From Bacteroidota bacterium (GTDB lineage Bacteria > Bacteroidota > Bacteroidia > Bacteroidales > JAADJA01): a stretch of DNA of 64,000 nt. The notes beneath the pieces are model-generated. The model was not told where the DNA came from. It was given only the letters and a program-made list of their open reading frames with translations, and did no database searches. The stretch spans positions 28,862 to 92,861 of the forward strand of contig JAHLKX010000011.1 of NCBI GenBank assembly GCA_020444515.1. Direction: 5' to 3'. The position numbers were made by a program, and so were the translations under genes. Shown piece by piece: positions 10,601 through 20,404 of this stretch. Position 1 is the first letter of the stretch, and each line of letters begins with the position of its first letter.

Positions 10601-10944
10601 ACTGTATGAGGATTAAGGGGATCAACGGTCACACATCCGATGGAATAAGATTTCTCACCATCGAAAACAGGATCCCAGGTTACTCCGGCATTTTCAGTCT
10701 TCCATACCCCACCCGAGCCAACAGCGACATACCAAACATTTTCATCGTCAGGATGAATGGCAATATCGGCAATCCTGCCAGACATAAGTGCCGGCCCGAT
10801 GTTCCTGAATTTTAATCCTGAAAAAGTGGAGGATGACCAAACGTCTTTGTCTGTCGAATCCTTTTCCGCCTCTTGCGAATAAACTGTAAATGAAAAAAGC
10901 AGGATCATCATTCCTGCAATCAGAAGGTTGGTAATTTTCATCAT
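7651..10944 (-). CDS. Secreted VPS10/BNR (Asp-box) beta-propeller protein, glycosyl hydrolase-like
   Basis: Signal peptide; FRNIGPALMSGRIADIA; many S/TxDGGxTW Asp-boxes; helical C-terminus. Confidence 0.88.
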   Translation of the reverse strand: MMKITNLLIAGMMILLFSFTVYSQEAEKDSTDKDVWSSSTFSGLKFRNIGPALMSGRIADIAIHPDDENVWYVAVGSGGVWKTENAGVTWDPVFDGEKSYSIGCVTVDPLNPHTVWVGTGENIGGRHVGYGDGIYRSQDGGKSWKNMGLKESHHISRIIIHPENSNVLWVAAQGPLWNKGGDRGLYKTTDGGKTWTRTLGDDEWTGVTEVVMDPRNPDRLYAATWQRHRNVAAYMGGGPGSGIHRSTDGGETWEKLKSGLPSSNMGKIGLAISPQKPDILYAAIELDRRTGGVYKSEDRGSSWKKMSNTVSGATGPHYYQELYASPHQFDRIYLMDVRIQWSEDGGKTFKRLSEQYKHSDNHAIAFRKSDPDYLLIGTDGGLYESYDLAENWRFVANLPVTQFYKLALDDAEPFYHIYGGTQDNSTQGGPSRTDNRSGIRNADWSIVLGGDGHQPATEPGNPNIVYAQSQEGELHRIDMITGEQVYIKPQPEAGEVYERNNWDSPILVSPHTPKRIYFASQRVWRSDDRGDSWTSISGDLTRNQERLELPIMDQTWSWDSPWDFEAMSNYNSITSLAESPMQEGLIYAGTDDGLIQVTEDGGENWRRIEVSAMSGVPATAFVNDIKADLYDANTVYVVLDNHKFGDLEPYLFKSTDRGQSWRSIKGNLPGRTLLWRIVQDHVKPEMFFLATEFGIYFTLNGGEKWIQLKAGIPTISFRDLAIQKRENDLVGASFGRGFFVLDDYSPLREISQELLDGEAFLFQPRDAEWYVERMKVGWGEKGSQGAAYYTAPNPPFGATFTYYLKESLKSMKTERKEEEKKLTKEDKPLQFPGWDALEEERMQDKPLVKLVIRDENGNLIREVKASTSKGIHRTTWDLRYSSVNAIRLEDANSSYEPKGFMVVPGTYYATLVKSIDGQSEDLAGPVPVVVKPLYENGALARASYEDIKAYRESVDQLNASYSATAIALKNSMDRLKAMEKALSRAPEATLALDSMIYKTKRDLFELDITLNGNRSKREVGEKINPTIRHWLRVAQSGLSGTYGPTPLHRQNLQIAQSEMDAFKPQLEEIRTQRIPELEALLSESGAPWIEGQPLPEN

Positions 10945-11058
10945 TTTTAATTTTTTTAATGCTTATTAAACAGATGACACCGTAAATGTTCAAATTGACC
11001 GATGGCTAGTTTGTTTCGTTAAATTTTATAAATTATCTTCCGGACGATTATCCTGCAC

Positions 11059-11066
11059 CAAAGATA
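11059..11066 (-). promoter_or_regulatory. Bacteroidota sigmaA -7 element
   Basis: TATCTTTG on the minus strand upstream of the VPS10 gene. Confidence 0.45.
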
Positions 11067-11178
11067 ATGGGAATTTCTGCAAAAACAGCAGGAAATTAAC
11101 ATGGCACCGGATTTTTTGCGTTGAGGATGAACTGTCGAATCTTGCTTTTGGATGCATAAAATTTTGAGGGATTGTATG

Positions 11179-11186
11179 TATCTTTG
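11179..11186 (+). promoter_or_regulatory. Bacteroidota sigmaA -7 element
   Basis: TATCTTTG; argues that the true start is 11196 or 11214 rather than TTG 11172. Confidence 0.5.
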
Positions 11187-11195
11187 CCGGATAAA

Positions 11196-13124
11196 ATGAA
11201 CAATACGCCTTACATGATTATATCAATCAAATCCATGCTGTTTGGTTTCCTACTATTCATTGGTTTACAGTCCATAAAGGCCCAGGAAACCCTTTTTTAT
11301 GAACCGGTCAACATCCATCATGCTTACGATAAAGAAACCCGATCCAGAAACGGGAAGCCGGGCCCTCTATACTGGCAAAACCAGGCCAATTATAAGATGG
11401 ACATTCAATTCAATCCCCTGACCAGGGAACTGAAAGGAAATGCCCTGATCACCTATTTCAACAACAGTCCCGATACACTCAAGGAGATGATCCTGCACCT
11501 TTTTCCCAATGTATACAAAACCGGCATGAATCGTGATTTTGAAATTGATCCCGCAGATGCCAGCCAGGGAATGCAAATCACGTCCCTAACCATTGGAGGT
11601 AAAATAGTGGATATTTCTTCGACCAGTGAAATGATGGTTTATGATCAAACCCTGGCCCGCCTTTCACTGAAATCACCCCTGGATTATATATTACCCGATA
11701 CGACTGTAAACATGGCCGTTTCATGGGAATACACAGTGAATGCTTCTTCCCATATGCGCACGGGCCAGATCGATTCAGCCAGTTATTTCATCGCCTATTT
11801 TTTCCCAAGGATTGGGGTTTATGACGATATCGACGGTTGGAATGATTATTATTACCGGGGCACAACCGAGTTTTACAATGACTTCGGAAATTTTGATGTT
11901 TCCATTGAATTGCCGGCAGGATATGTTGTGTGGGCTACGGGTCAGTTGCAAAATCCGGCCCAATGCCTGACCATGAAATACCTCAATCGCTATTTAATGG
12001 CGCTCGATACCAATGTCATGATCCGGATCATCGATCAGCAGGATCTTCTTTACAGGGATTTCACACCCCCCGATCCCGAAGTGATCTGGAATTTCAAAGC
12101 TGACCATGTGACGGATTTTGCTTTTGCCCTTAGCGATCACTATTTATGGGATGCAACCAGCGTCGTTGTTGATAAGAATACTGAACAAACCACCCTTATC
12201 CAAACTGCTTACGATCAGAATTCGGCTGATTTTTTCAAGGTCAACCCAATCGCAAAAAAAGCTGTTGAATACATGTCGTTTGACTTTCCGAAAATCCCCT
12301 TTCCGTATCCCCAGGTTACCGTTTTCAATGGACTGGATATGATGGAATATCCGATGATGGTGAATGACATTTCACTGGAAGACATCAAGGGAACCTTCAG
12401 CCTCACGGCCCATGAGATTTTTCATAATTATTTTCCCTTCAGTACCGGCAATAATGAACGGAAATATGCCTGGATGGATGAAGGCATTACCAGCTTTTTT
12501 GAACTCGTGATGATGCGTGAAATCGTGGATGAAAACTATCTCAGCATATACAAGTACGACTCCTATAAAACCGAATTCGGGCATGAACGGGATCTGCCCC
12601 TGATCGCGCCATCGGAGCTGATCCGTCCGCCTCACTATTACCACAATTCGTATTCAAAAGCTGTCCTGTTTTATTTAACCCTCGACCAGGAAATGGGAAG
12701 GGAACAGTTTACTGCTTTTCTTCAAATGTTTTCAGAAACATGGAAAGGCAAGCATCCCACAGGTTATGATTTTTTGTATGCATTATCCAATTTTACAAGT
12801 CAAAAATTCAACGGGCTGATCCAACCCTGGTTTTTTAAATTTGGTTACGTAGATTATGCCATTGAAAATGTGCAACAACAGGATGACCAGTTGAACATAA
12901 CTATCCACAGGAAAGGAATCCTTCCATCAACCATTATTCTCGCGGCCACCGATGTGAAAGGTGAAATACGGAAAGTACGGATCAATCCTTCGGAATGGGA
13001 TAAAGACAGTGATGTATACCATGCCCGGATCAGTGCAGATGGTGTCCAGAATATTGACCTGGAATTTGATGTTCCCATAGATGCCTATCCCGAAGATAAC
13101 CATTACACATTCAGCCCGGAATAA
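11196..13124 (+). CDS. M1 family zinc aminopeptidase, secreted
   Basis: MEYP, AHEIFHNYF (HExxH), WMDEG, YSKA; YWQNQANY N-terminus; signal peptide; exact start uncertain. Confidence 0.9.
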   Translation: MNNTPYMIISIKSMLFGFLLFIGLQSIKAQETLFYEPVNIHHAYDKETRSRNGKPGPLYWQNQANYKMDIQFNPLTRELKGNALITYFNNSPDTLKEMILHLFPNVYKTGMNRDFEIDPADASQGMQITSLTIGGKIVDISSTSEMMVYDQTLARLSLKSPLDYILPDTTVNMAVSWEYTVNASSHMRTGQIDSASYFIAYFFPRIGVYDDIDGWNDYYYRGTTEFYNDFGNFDVSIELPAGYVVWATGQLQNPAQCLTMKYLNRYLMALDTNVMIRIIDQQDLLYRDFTPPDPEVIWNFKADHVTDFAFALSDHYLWDATSVVVDKNTEQTTLIQTAYDQNSADFFKVNPIAKKAVEYMSFDFPKIPFPYPQVTVFNGLDMMEYPMMVNDISLEDIKGTFSLTAHEIFHNYFPFSTGNNERKYAWMDEGITSFFELVMMREIVDENYLSIYKYDSYKTEFGHERDLPLIAPSELIRPPHYYHNSYSKAVLFYLTLDQEMGREQFTAFLQMFSETWKGKHPTGYDFLYALSNFTSQKFNGLIQPWFFKFGYVDYAIENVQQQDDQLNITIHRKGILPSTIILAATDVKGEIRKVRINPSEWDKDSDVYHARISADGVQNIDLEFDVPIDAYPEDNHYTFSPE

Positions 13125-13215
13125 ATCCATATTGCCAATCCGGAGATACCGCCTGAAAAGTGAAAAATTGTTATTAAATTAACAATACTTTGTGGCATAA
13201 TCCATATTGGATTTC

Positions 13216-13223
13216 TATATTTG
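13216..13223 (+). promoter_or_regulatory. Bacteroidota sigmaA -7 element
   Basis: TATATTTG upstream of pta. Confidence 0.55.
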
Positions 13224-13261
13224 CACCTTTATTAAAACCCTAAAAAAATTAATGTTAAAGG

Positions 13262-15349
13262 ATGTCCAGTAATTTATACATTGCAGCGGCAGAAGCAGAA
13301 TCAGGAAAGTCCCTGATCACCGTGGGGATCATGAGTATTTTATCAAGACATGTGAAAAGACTGGGGTTTTTCCGTCCCATTGTCAAGCTCGACGGGCACC
13401 ACGATCATGATATCGACCTGATATCAAAGCGTTTGAAGCTGCCATTTCATCACGATGAAATGTATGGATTGTCCAATTCAGAGGCGTTGGATTTTTTACA
13501 GGAAGACAAATCGGATGAACTGCTGACTGCCATCCTCGATAAATACAAAAAACTGGAAAGCAAGTGCGACTTTATCGTGGTGGAAGGAACAGACTTCACC
13601 GGCACCCTGCGTCCTTTTGAGTTTGACTTTAATACGCGATTGGCCAACACACTGGCTGCTCCCGTGCTGGCCGTCGTGAACGGACATCAGAAAAGTGTGA
13701 CGGATGTAGCCGATGTAGCCCAGATGATCAAATCTGTACTGGTCCGCGAAAAATGTAATTATATCGGCATGTTTGTCAATCGTGCAAATGCAAGGGATGT
13801 AGATGCCATATGGGAGGTCCTGATAAAATATCAAACCAATGATGAGATTGATTTTATCATTCCCGAGCTCGAACACCTGCAAAAACTAACCATCCGCCAA
13901 ATCAGTAGTGCCTTGAATGCGGAACGGATCTATGGCGATGACGATGTATTTGACTACGATGTCAATGATTTTAAGATCGGTGCCATGGGCATCGAACACA
14001 TCCTGGGTTACCTCGACACCGGCACCCTGGTTATTACTCCGGGCGACCGATCCGATGTTTTGATCGGTCTTTTTATGTCGTTGCTGTCGGAAAACTTCCC
14101 GAAGATCGCGGGCATCATCCTCTCAGGCGGGCAGAAGCCCCATCCCGAAATGATGCAATTGATCAATGGCATCAAACAATTGCCGGTGGCGGTATTGAAA
14201 GTGGAAACCGATACGTTCACCACAGCCATGAATGTGAGCAACATCAAGCCTTTGCTCTCTCCCGACAATGAAAGGAGGATGGCCATAGCCCTGGGGCATT
14301 TCGAAACCCACGTTGAAGGTAAAAAACTCATTGATAAGGTCTCCCTCACACCCTCCGGTGTGGTTACACCCATCATGTTCGAATACCAGCTTTATGAGCG
14401 GGCCAAAAGCATACGAAAACACATTGTCCTGCCCGAAGGGCTTGACGACCGCATCCTGCGCGCATCAGAGATCCTCCTGCGCCGTGATGCTGTAGACCTT
14501 ACCTTGTTGGGAAATGAAGAAGAAATTTTCAAAAAAGCTGACTCCCTCCATTTGAAACTGAATGGTGTCAATATCATCGACCCCTACGACAATGACCTGA
14601 TCAATGATTATGCTGCCACCTATTACCGCCTGCGGAAAGAAAAAGGCGTTACCAAGGAAAATGCCCACGACCTCATGTTCGATGTGAGTTATTTGGGCAC
14701 CATGATGGTTTACAAAGGACATGCCGATGGCATGGTATCCGGCGCTGCCCATACAACACAACATACCATCCGGCCGGCCTTCGAATTTATCAAAACCAAA
14801 CCCGGTTTCTCCATTGTCTCAAGTTCTTTTCTTATGTGCTTCGAAGATCGTGTGCTGGTTTACGGTGATTGTGCTTTTAACCCCAATCCCAATTCGGAAG
14901 AGCTGGCTGACATTGCCATCAGTTCAGCCGATACAGCGCAGATGTTCGGTATAGAACCCCGCATTGCCATGCTCTCCTACTCTACCGGAAGTTCGGGCAA
15001 AGGTGCCGATGTTGAAAAAGTCAGGGAAGCGACTGAAATTGCCCGGAAACGGCGTCCTGACCTGTTACTGGAAGGTCCGATCCAGTATGATGCGGCCATC
15101 GATCCTTCGGTGGCCCAAACAAAAATGCCGGATAGCAAAGTAGCCGGTAAAGCTACCGTATTCATTTTCCCTGATCTCAATACCGGGAATAACACTTACA
15201 AAGCGGTGCAACGTTCTTCGGGTGCCATTGCCGTCGGACCGGTATCGCAGGGATTGAATAAGCCGGTGAACGACCTGAGCCGGGGTTGTTTGGTGAAAGA
15301 TATTGTGAATACCGTTTTGATCACGGCCATCCAGGCGCAGGAATCCTAA
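13262..15349 (+). CDS. pta: Phosphate acetyltransferase, long form (BioD-like + DRTGG + PTA domains)
   Basis: ESGKSL, VEGTD, ITPGDRSD, IVLPEG, GMVSGAAHTT, EGPIQYDAA, FPDLNTGNNTYKAVQR, NDLSRG. Confidence 0.96.
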   Translation: MSSNLYIAAAEAESGKSLITVGIMSILSRHVKRLGFFRPIVKLDGHHDHDIDLISKRLKLPFHHDEMYGLSNSEALDFLQEDKSDELLTAILDKYKKLESKCDFIVVEGTDFTGTLRPFEFDFNTRLANTLAAPVLAVVNGHQKSVTDVADVAQMIKSVLVREKCNYIGMFVNRANARDVDAIWEVLIKYQTNDEIDFIIPELEHLQKLTIRQISSALNAERIYGDDDVFDYDVNDFKIGAMGIEHILGYLDTGTLVITPGDRSDVLIGLFMSLLSENFPKIAGIILSGGQKPHPEMMQLINGIKQLPVAVLKVETDTFTTAMNVSNIKPLLSPDNERRMAIALGHFETHVEGKKLIDKVSLTPSGVVTPIMFEYQLYERAKSIRKHIVLPEGLDDRILRASEILLRRDAVDLTLLGNEEEIFKKADSLHLKLNGVNIIDPYDNDLINDYAATYYRLRKEKGVTKENAHDLMFDVSYLGTMMVYKGHADGMVSGAAHTTQHTIRPAFEFIKTKPGFSIVSSSFLMCFEDRVLVYGDCAFNPNPNSEELADIAISSADTAQMFGIEPRIAMLSYSTGSSGKGADVEKVREATEIARKRRPDLLLEGPIQYDAAIDPSVAQTKMPDSKVAGKATVFIFPDLNTGNNTYKAVQRSSGAIAVGPVSQGLNKPVNDLSRGCLVKDIVNTVLITAIQAQES

Positions 15350-15525
15350 TAATTTTGAGCATTAGCCGGCACATTTTAAAACAAAAGTTTGCTTTCTGCA
15401 TCCATCCAATTCGCTTCAGACAACTGAAGCCGGGGCTTGAAGAAGATTTGGGAATTGATTAATTCAATTGTGCTCGTGCATTACACAGTATATCGATTGA
15501 GGCCTGGAGAAGTTAAATTCCTGTT

Positions 15526-15744
15526 TCAAAGAAAAACTTTAGCCGCAACAATGATCAGAATAATAACAACGATTCCGATATATGCATAGACATTGCCGAA
15601 ATTGAACGTCCATCCGAGTAATGGATTTAATTTAGGAACGATGATCCTGGGTTCCCTCGGATTGACATATAATACACCCTTCCAGTTGTTGGGATTTTTA
15701 TGCATCAATTCATAATATTCCTTTTTACCTTGCTGATTCATCAT
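15526..15744 (-). CDS. DUF5808-like small membrane protein
   Basis: NWKGVLYVNPREPRIIVPKLNPLLGWTFNFGN followed by a TM helix. Confidence 0.75.
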   Translation of the reverse strand: MMNQQGKKEYYELMHKNPNNWKGVLYVNPREPRIIVPKLNPLLGWTFNFGNVYAYIGIVVIILIIVAAKVFL

Positions 15745-15881
15745 TTTAATTGATTATTTTGATTGTCTTATATTTTTTATCCGATTTTTTCATCAAATAT
15801 CTGATTGGCCATTTGAAGGTATTCATCTTCGATGATGAGGTTTTGTTTTCACTGCTTAATGGATTTATTACGATCTAAAAT

Positions 15882-16000
15882 TGAGTAATAGCGGATTTCT
15901 ACTTCATAACTTTTCAGTTTAGCACTTACCTATATTTTATTTTCAAACATTCGTTTTACTCTTAAATTGCTATTAAATATACACAATGTTGTTGTTAGTT
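15882..16000 (-). repeat. Truncated attC-like palindromic element starting at the serine hydrolase stop codon
   Basis: Minus strand AACTAACAACAACATTGTGTATATTTAATAGC...AGTGCTAAACTGAAAAGT...CCGCTATTACTCA; inverted pair TAATAGC (15886-92) / GCTATTA (15969-75); distal GTT box missing. Confidence 0.45.
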
Positions 16001-17032
16001 TTTCTTTCTCAAAATTTTTACTATCCGATTGTACATTATTTCTGATAAACTCCAATTGTAACCTTCAAAGTCGACTGTATTTGTAAATTGAATGACTACA
16101 GCATCGATGTCTTTGAAGTATTTGGCAATGGTTTGATAGCCAGGAATTAATCCCGTGTGCTCGTATTTATATATTGAGGAGTATATTTCTTGTTCTTGTT
16201 TATCTGTAAACACAGCGCCATCATTCAATGCCCTTATGAATTTACCTAAATCTTCGGCGGTTGCCAACATTGAACCCACATCATCAGTTTTTAAATCCAT
16301 ATCATAGCCCACATAGTATCCACTCATTAAATCATCCATATTTACATCATGAATAGAACCAAAAGTGTGGTTTAGGTTCAGTGGGATTAAAATCTCTTCT
16401 TGGATGTATTGGAATGTACCATATCCAAGAACTCGGTTCAATATTCTATCGATTAATAAGTAGTTTGTGTTGGAATATTCATAATCTTCGCCGGGTTTAA
16501 AATTGGCAGGCATATCCAAAACCAAAGCAAGATTCTCATCTGCCGTTTCTTTCGGAGTCACCCAGTACATATATGTATCGGTGTAATTTGGAATACCACT
16601 TCTATGTTGAACCAACATACGCAAAGTGATTTCATCAGCATATTCTATTCTGTTTTTCAATTCGGGCAAATAATCAGATAGTGTTTTGTCTAATGATAAT
16701 TTTCCACTCCGAACCAGTTTAGCGACAGCCACAGCATGATACAATTTACCTACACTGGCTATTTTAAATAATGAATGAGGATCCGCTGGAATTTTGTTTT
16801 CTCTATTTTTATATCCTGAAGCATAAAATTCAGGTTTTTCACCCTTTTGATCTACATATACGATGATACCATCAAAGCCATAATCCGTCGCTTTATTTAC
16901 TTGTTCCTGAACGGTTTTAGGTATTGGTGTTGTCCAGGCTTTTACAATAGGCCAGGGAACAAAGTATAAAGAGACAATTGTTCCAAAAAGCAATAAAATT
17001 CTAATTATCCATTTTAATTTTTTCTTCGCCAT
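15995..17032 (-). CDS. Serine hydrolase, beta-lactamase class C / D-Ala-D-Ala carboxypeptidase family
   Basis: FKIASVGK (SxxK), LVQHRSGI, YEYSNTNY (YxN), HTG; N-terminal TM. Confidence 0.9.
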   Translation of the reverse strand: MAKKKLKWIIRILLLFGTIVSLYFVPWPIVKAWTTPIPKTVQEQVNKATDYGFDGIIVYVDQKGEKPEFYASGYKNRENKIPADPHSLFKIASVGKLYHAVAVAKLVRSGKLSLDKTLSDYLPELKNRIEYADEITLRMLVQHRSGIPNYTDTYMYWVTPKETADENLALVLDMPANFKPGEDYEYSNTNYLLIDRILNRVLGYGTFQYIQEEILIPLNLNHTFGSIHDVNMDDLMSGYYVGYDMDLKTDDVGSMLATAEDLGKFIRALNDGAVFTDKQEQEIYSSIYKYEHTGLIPGYQTIAKYFKDIDAVVIQFTNTVDFEGYNWSLSEIMYNRIVKILRKKN

Positions 17033-17063
17033 ATTATTTTATGATAATAGATAGTTTAAACTA

Positions 17064-17238
17064 GCCACAACGGTAAATTTTATTGGCAGTGGCACATTGC
17101 GTGGTGCTTTCCTTTCAACCTACTGAAGGGAGTCTCACGAAGCGAAGCAAGTAAACCACTGAGCAGTTTGAGCGGGCTACAAACCTTGATATTTACATTT
17201 ACCAGGTTGCCTGCCATTACTTATACAAAATGTTGTGC
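17064..17238 (-). repeat. attC-like long palindromic element (Bacteroidota type)
   Basis: Minus strand GCACAAC...ATGGCAGGCA...TGCCACTGCCAAT...GTTGTGGC; complementary AAC/GTT terminal boxes and an inner inverted repeat; ends ~30 nt before the next ATG. Confidence 0.55.
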
Positions 17239-17358
17239 TGTCGTGCTTTGTTAATTTTTATTCTCATTTTGATATACAAATTGTAAATTTAGTCAATTAG
17301 AATTATTAGTCAGTAATTTAATTTAAGCTGAATAATAGCATATATCTTTTGAATTTTA

Positions 17359-18288
17359 TTAGTAATAAATCCAATATCCTTTGAATTGTCCTTTTGAATT
17401 GTATTCTAATGCAGGGAAAGGCAATTTTATAAATGTCATCCCTTTAAATAATACTTTTAAAAACTTGGAATTTGTTTTGATTTTAGGCCAATCAATATCC
17501 ATCGAAAAAAGAAATTGCCGATAACGATCAGTTGCAGGAATAGATGTACCTTCATAAATTGATATATTCTCAAATTCGCCATACATGCCATTGGCTCCAT
17601 ATCCTACTGCAAAATTAAGCCACGATGGTATATGATTATTTTTAATAATTATTTTAACGGGCATCGAAAACCAATAGGTATGGCCATTATAGTCATTAAG
17701 CATTCGATCCAAAGCAGTCTTACCGAAGTATCCGTTGGAATTTTTTGAATATTCAGATTCCCAGTAACTGAATTTATACTTAACTACTTGTTCATTAAAT
17801 AGTAATTCCTGTCCAAAAACAAGAGCTGACCCCATTGCGTTTGCTGCAACATCTCCCCATGAAAATCCATAACCTTCATGGAATCCATCCATTATTTCAA
17901 TTGGTAATTGAAGAACAAAGCCAAGGGTTGATCCAAATAATAATGCTTCCTTTCTAGTTGCTCCTTTATGCAATAAAAAGTGATATCCGATATAACTGTA
18001 AAAATAAGAGCCAAACATATGTCCAAACTTATCAACTTGTAAATACGCTCCGTTGTCATTGTAGAAATGAAATGGAACTCTCTTTTTGTCCTTGTACCAA
18101 GTATTGTTCAAAACAAAAATTGAACCTACATAATAAGCACCTGTATAAGCAACAGCCTTGTAAATGGTCCGTTTTTTTATGGTGCTTGTATCTGATTTTG
18201 AACCAATATCCTGAGTAGCTGAAAGTGATATTGGAAGCCATAAAAAACAAATCAATATTATTAATCTAAACAATATAGTATTGCACAT
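17359..18288 (-). CDS. DUF2279 (YfiM-like) domain protein
   Basis: FHFYNDN...DKFGHMFGSY, IEIMDG..GYGFSWGDVAANAMG, LNDYNGHTYW, WLNFAVGYGANGM. Confidence 0.85.
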   Translation of the reverse strand: MCNTILFRLIILICFLWLPISLSATQDIGSKSDTSTIKKRTIYKAVAYTGAYYVGSIFVLNNTWYKDKKRVPFHFYNDNGAYLQVDKFGHMFGSYFYSYIGYHFLLHKGATRKEALLFGSTLGFVLQLPIEIMDGFHEGYGFSWGDVAANAMGSALVFGQELLFNEQVVKYKFSYWESEYSKNSNGYFGKTALDRMLNDYNGHTYWFSMPVKIIIKNNHIPSWLNFAVGYGANGMYGEFENISIYEGTSIPATDRYRQFLFSMDIDWPKIKTNSKFLKVLFKGMTFIKLPFPALEYNSKGQFKGYWIYY

Positions 18289-18397
18289 TGCGAATCATGA
18301 TTATAACTTTTCTTACTCCATATATTTTGTTACGATTTTTTTTAAGGATATTCTATTTAATTCCACCCAATAAACAGTTGTTTCAAGGTTTGAATGC

Positions 18398-18799
18398 CTA
18401 CCGAAATGCCTCACCAGCAATATATGTATCAAAGAATTCTTGAAATTTACTGACTTTATTATCCTTTATTTTAAAAAAATGCACATAATCAGATTCATAA
18501 GTTTTCCCGGTTGGTTTTGCCAAACATTTCATATAGCCAATTACTGCTACAGAATCATTATCAGTTAAAAACTTTTTCGGCTCTAATATTAAAGTATCTT
18601 CTGCATCTTTTCCAATATTCACCCACTCCAAGAAACCTGCATGTCCTTTTCTGGTTCCAGCGGCAGGGTTAAAAGGATTATCAGGTTCACCCCATTCAAC
18701 ATCATCACAGAGCATTTCTATGATTTTATTAATTTCTTTTTTAGAAAATGCATCATATAGCTGTAAAACGATTTCAATATTTTTTTGTCTTATTTCCAT
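18398..18799 (-). CDS. NTF2-like/SnoaL-like protein
   Basis: NIEIVLQLYDAF, DDVEW, YVHFFKIKDNKVSKFQEFFDT. Confidence 0.88.
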   Translation of the reverse strand: MEIRQKNIEIVLQLYDAFSKKEINKIIEMLCDDVEWGEPDNPFNPAAGTRKGHAGFLEWVNIGKDAEDTLILEPKKFLTDNDSVAVIGYMKCLAKPTGKTYESDYVHFFKIKDNKVSKFQEFFDTYIAGEAFR

Positions 18800-18846
18800 A
18801 AACTTGTAATATGATTATTAAAAGGTTTATTATTGCATTTACAAAC

Positions 18847-19626
18847 TCAAACCATTTCTATATTTTTTACCAAATCCTTTATAAAGCGCGCCATATTTGC
18901 TCCATCAATTACATCATGATCCAAAAGAATAGTCATGTTAAGCATTTCTCGTATCTCTATTTTGTTATCCATTACCAATGGCTTTTTCGTAATTGAACTA
19001 ACTCCGAAGCAGATTGGATGAACAGAGGATGGAATAAACCAGCCATTTACTTTTCCTATCATACCAACAGAAGTAATCGCAACATATCCCATTTTCTTAT
19101 AAGCGAATTTGGGGTGCTTCATGAGAAATTTCCAAATATATCTTCTAATAACCCCTGGAAAGAAATAATAGATCTTTTCTAATTGCCCGGCTTTTTTATT
19201 GAGTATAATATCTTGATCTGTAAATTGTTCGTTTCTCACATTAACTTTCTGCCTAGTTATTGAATCAATACTAGTTTCATGGGCTTTTTTAATTACTAAG
19301 GGAATAGGCACTTTCTCACCATTCAATTTTTTTTCAACGAGGATGTAGACATTAATATCTTGAAATATCATTAGTTTGTGCTTCTCGATTAAGTAAGAGG
19401 ATGCGGTTTCATAGTTTTTAATAGTTTGGCTAATTGCGCTTATCAACCATGCAGTAAACGAAATCTTATTGTTTCTACCATTATTGTAATGTTTAATTTT
19501 TTCGCGACTATTTGTTACATCAAGTTCTATCAATGCACTAACATGATGTTTTCGTTTTCCAATCTCGTAAACATCAATGGTTGCAATTCTGGAGTGTGGA
19601 AATTTTTGAATTTTATATTCGTTCAT
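18847..19626 (-). CDS. Stand-alone 2-oxoacid dehydrogenase E2-like acyltransferase catalytic domain
   Basis: LLDHDVIDGANMARF catalytic motif; ISFTAWLI; no lipoyl or E3-binding domain. Confidence 0.85.
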   Translation of the reverse strand: MNEYKIQKFPHSRIATIDVYEIGKRKHHVSALIELDVTNSREKIKHYNNGRNNKISFTAWLISAISQTIKNYETASSYLIEKHKLMIFQDINVYILVEKKLNGEKVPIPLVIKKAHETSIDSITRQKVNVRNEQFTDQDIILNKKAGQLEKIYYFFPGVIRRYIWKFLMKHPKFAYKKMGYVAITSVGMIGKVNGWFIPSSVHPICFGVSSITKKPLVMDNKIEIREMLNMTILLDHDVIDGANMARFIKDLVKNIEMV

Positions 19627-19652
19627 ATGGCCATCAGACTTTGTATAAATTA

Positions 19653-20384
19653 TTAAAAGGAATCCGCACCAATACTGTACTTTTGCGACAGTTTATGATA
19701 TTCTTTTTGCAAAAGCGCTCGTTTGATTTCTCTGCCATGTCCTGGTAAAAACACATCACAATTGGTTTTTAAAAGTTTGTTCCAGCTTTCGATTAATTCA
19801 TTCAAATTATCAGCATAAGGAGGAAATACCGAATTTGGAAAAATACCAAAAAGCGCATCACCAACAATCGCAATTTCATTATCAACCATTACGCTTAATG
19901 AACCGGTTGAATGCCCTGGAGTTTCTAATATTCTTAAATCCAATTTAACTTCTTTAATTTGAAAGTTATCACGAATTAATAGATCAGGTTTGAAGGGAGC
20001 ATAACTAAATCTTTTTAAACCCATTCGAATCCCTAGTTTATAGATAACTTTCGAAAACAACATTGTTCCCCGAGGTACAGGAGTATATCCCTTTTGAACA
20101 TAACTTTGCTCCTTATCACTCATCAATATTTTACAGTTACCTTGTCCTTGGATCTGAGCTGCATTCTGACAATGGTCAAAATGGGTATGTGTCAGTATTA
20201 AAAAGTCAATATTTTTGTTCTGAGAATGAAGCTTATCTAAATTAGATTGAAGTTTTCGGAAAGCTGTAACTTTTCCTGTATCGAATAAAAAATTAATTCT
20301 GTCAGTAGTGATAAAGTATGAATTACTTCGACCTGACAAAACCCTGAATATTTCGTATCCGTTTTTTGTTTTCCAGCTTTTCAT
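19653..20384 (-). CDS. MBL-fold metallo-hydrolase
   Basis: FDTG, THTHFDH, TPGHSTGS, VGDA, PGHG. Confidence 0.92.
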   Translation of the reverse strand: MKSWKTKNGYEIFRVLSGRSNSYFITTDRINFLFDTGKVTAFRKLQSNLDKLHSQNKNIDFLILTHTHFDHCQNAAQIQGQGNCKILMSDKEQSYVQKGYTPVPRGTMLFSKVIYKLGIRMGLKRFSYAPFKPDLLIRDNFQIKEVKLDLRILETPGHSTGSLSVMVDNEIAIVGDALFGIFPNSVFPPYADNLNELIESWNKLLKTNCDVFLPGHGREIKRALLQKEYHKLSQKYSIGADSF

Positions 20385-20404
20385 TCTTCATATGATAAAA
20401 TAAT

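Noticed and set aside
11102-11119. TGGCAC...TTGC as a sigma54 promoter
   Set aside because: GG-to-GC spacing is 13 nt, not the required 10
13699-13720. Short tandem GATGTAGCC duplication in pta
   Set aside because: An in-frame 9-bp repeat (DVADVA) with no sign of functional significance
15413-15430. GCTTCAG-acaa-CTGAAGC hairpin after pta
   Set aside because: No U-tract on either strand, so it is not called as a terminator
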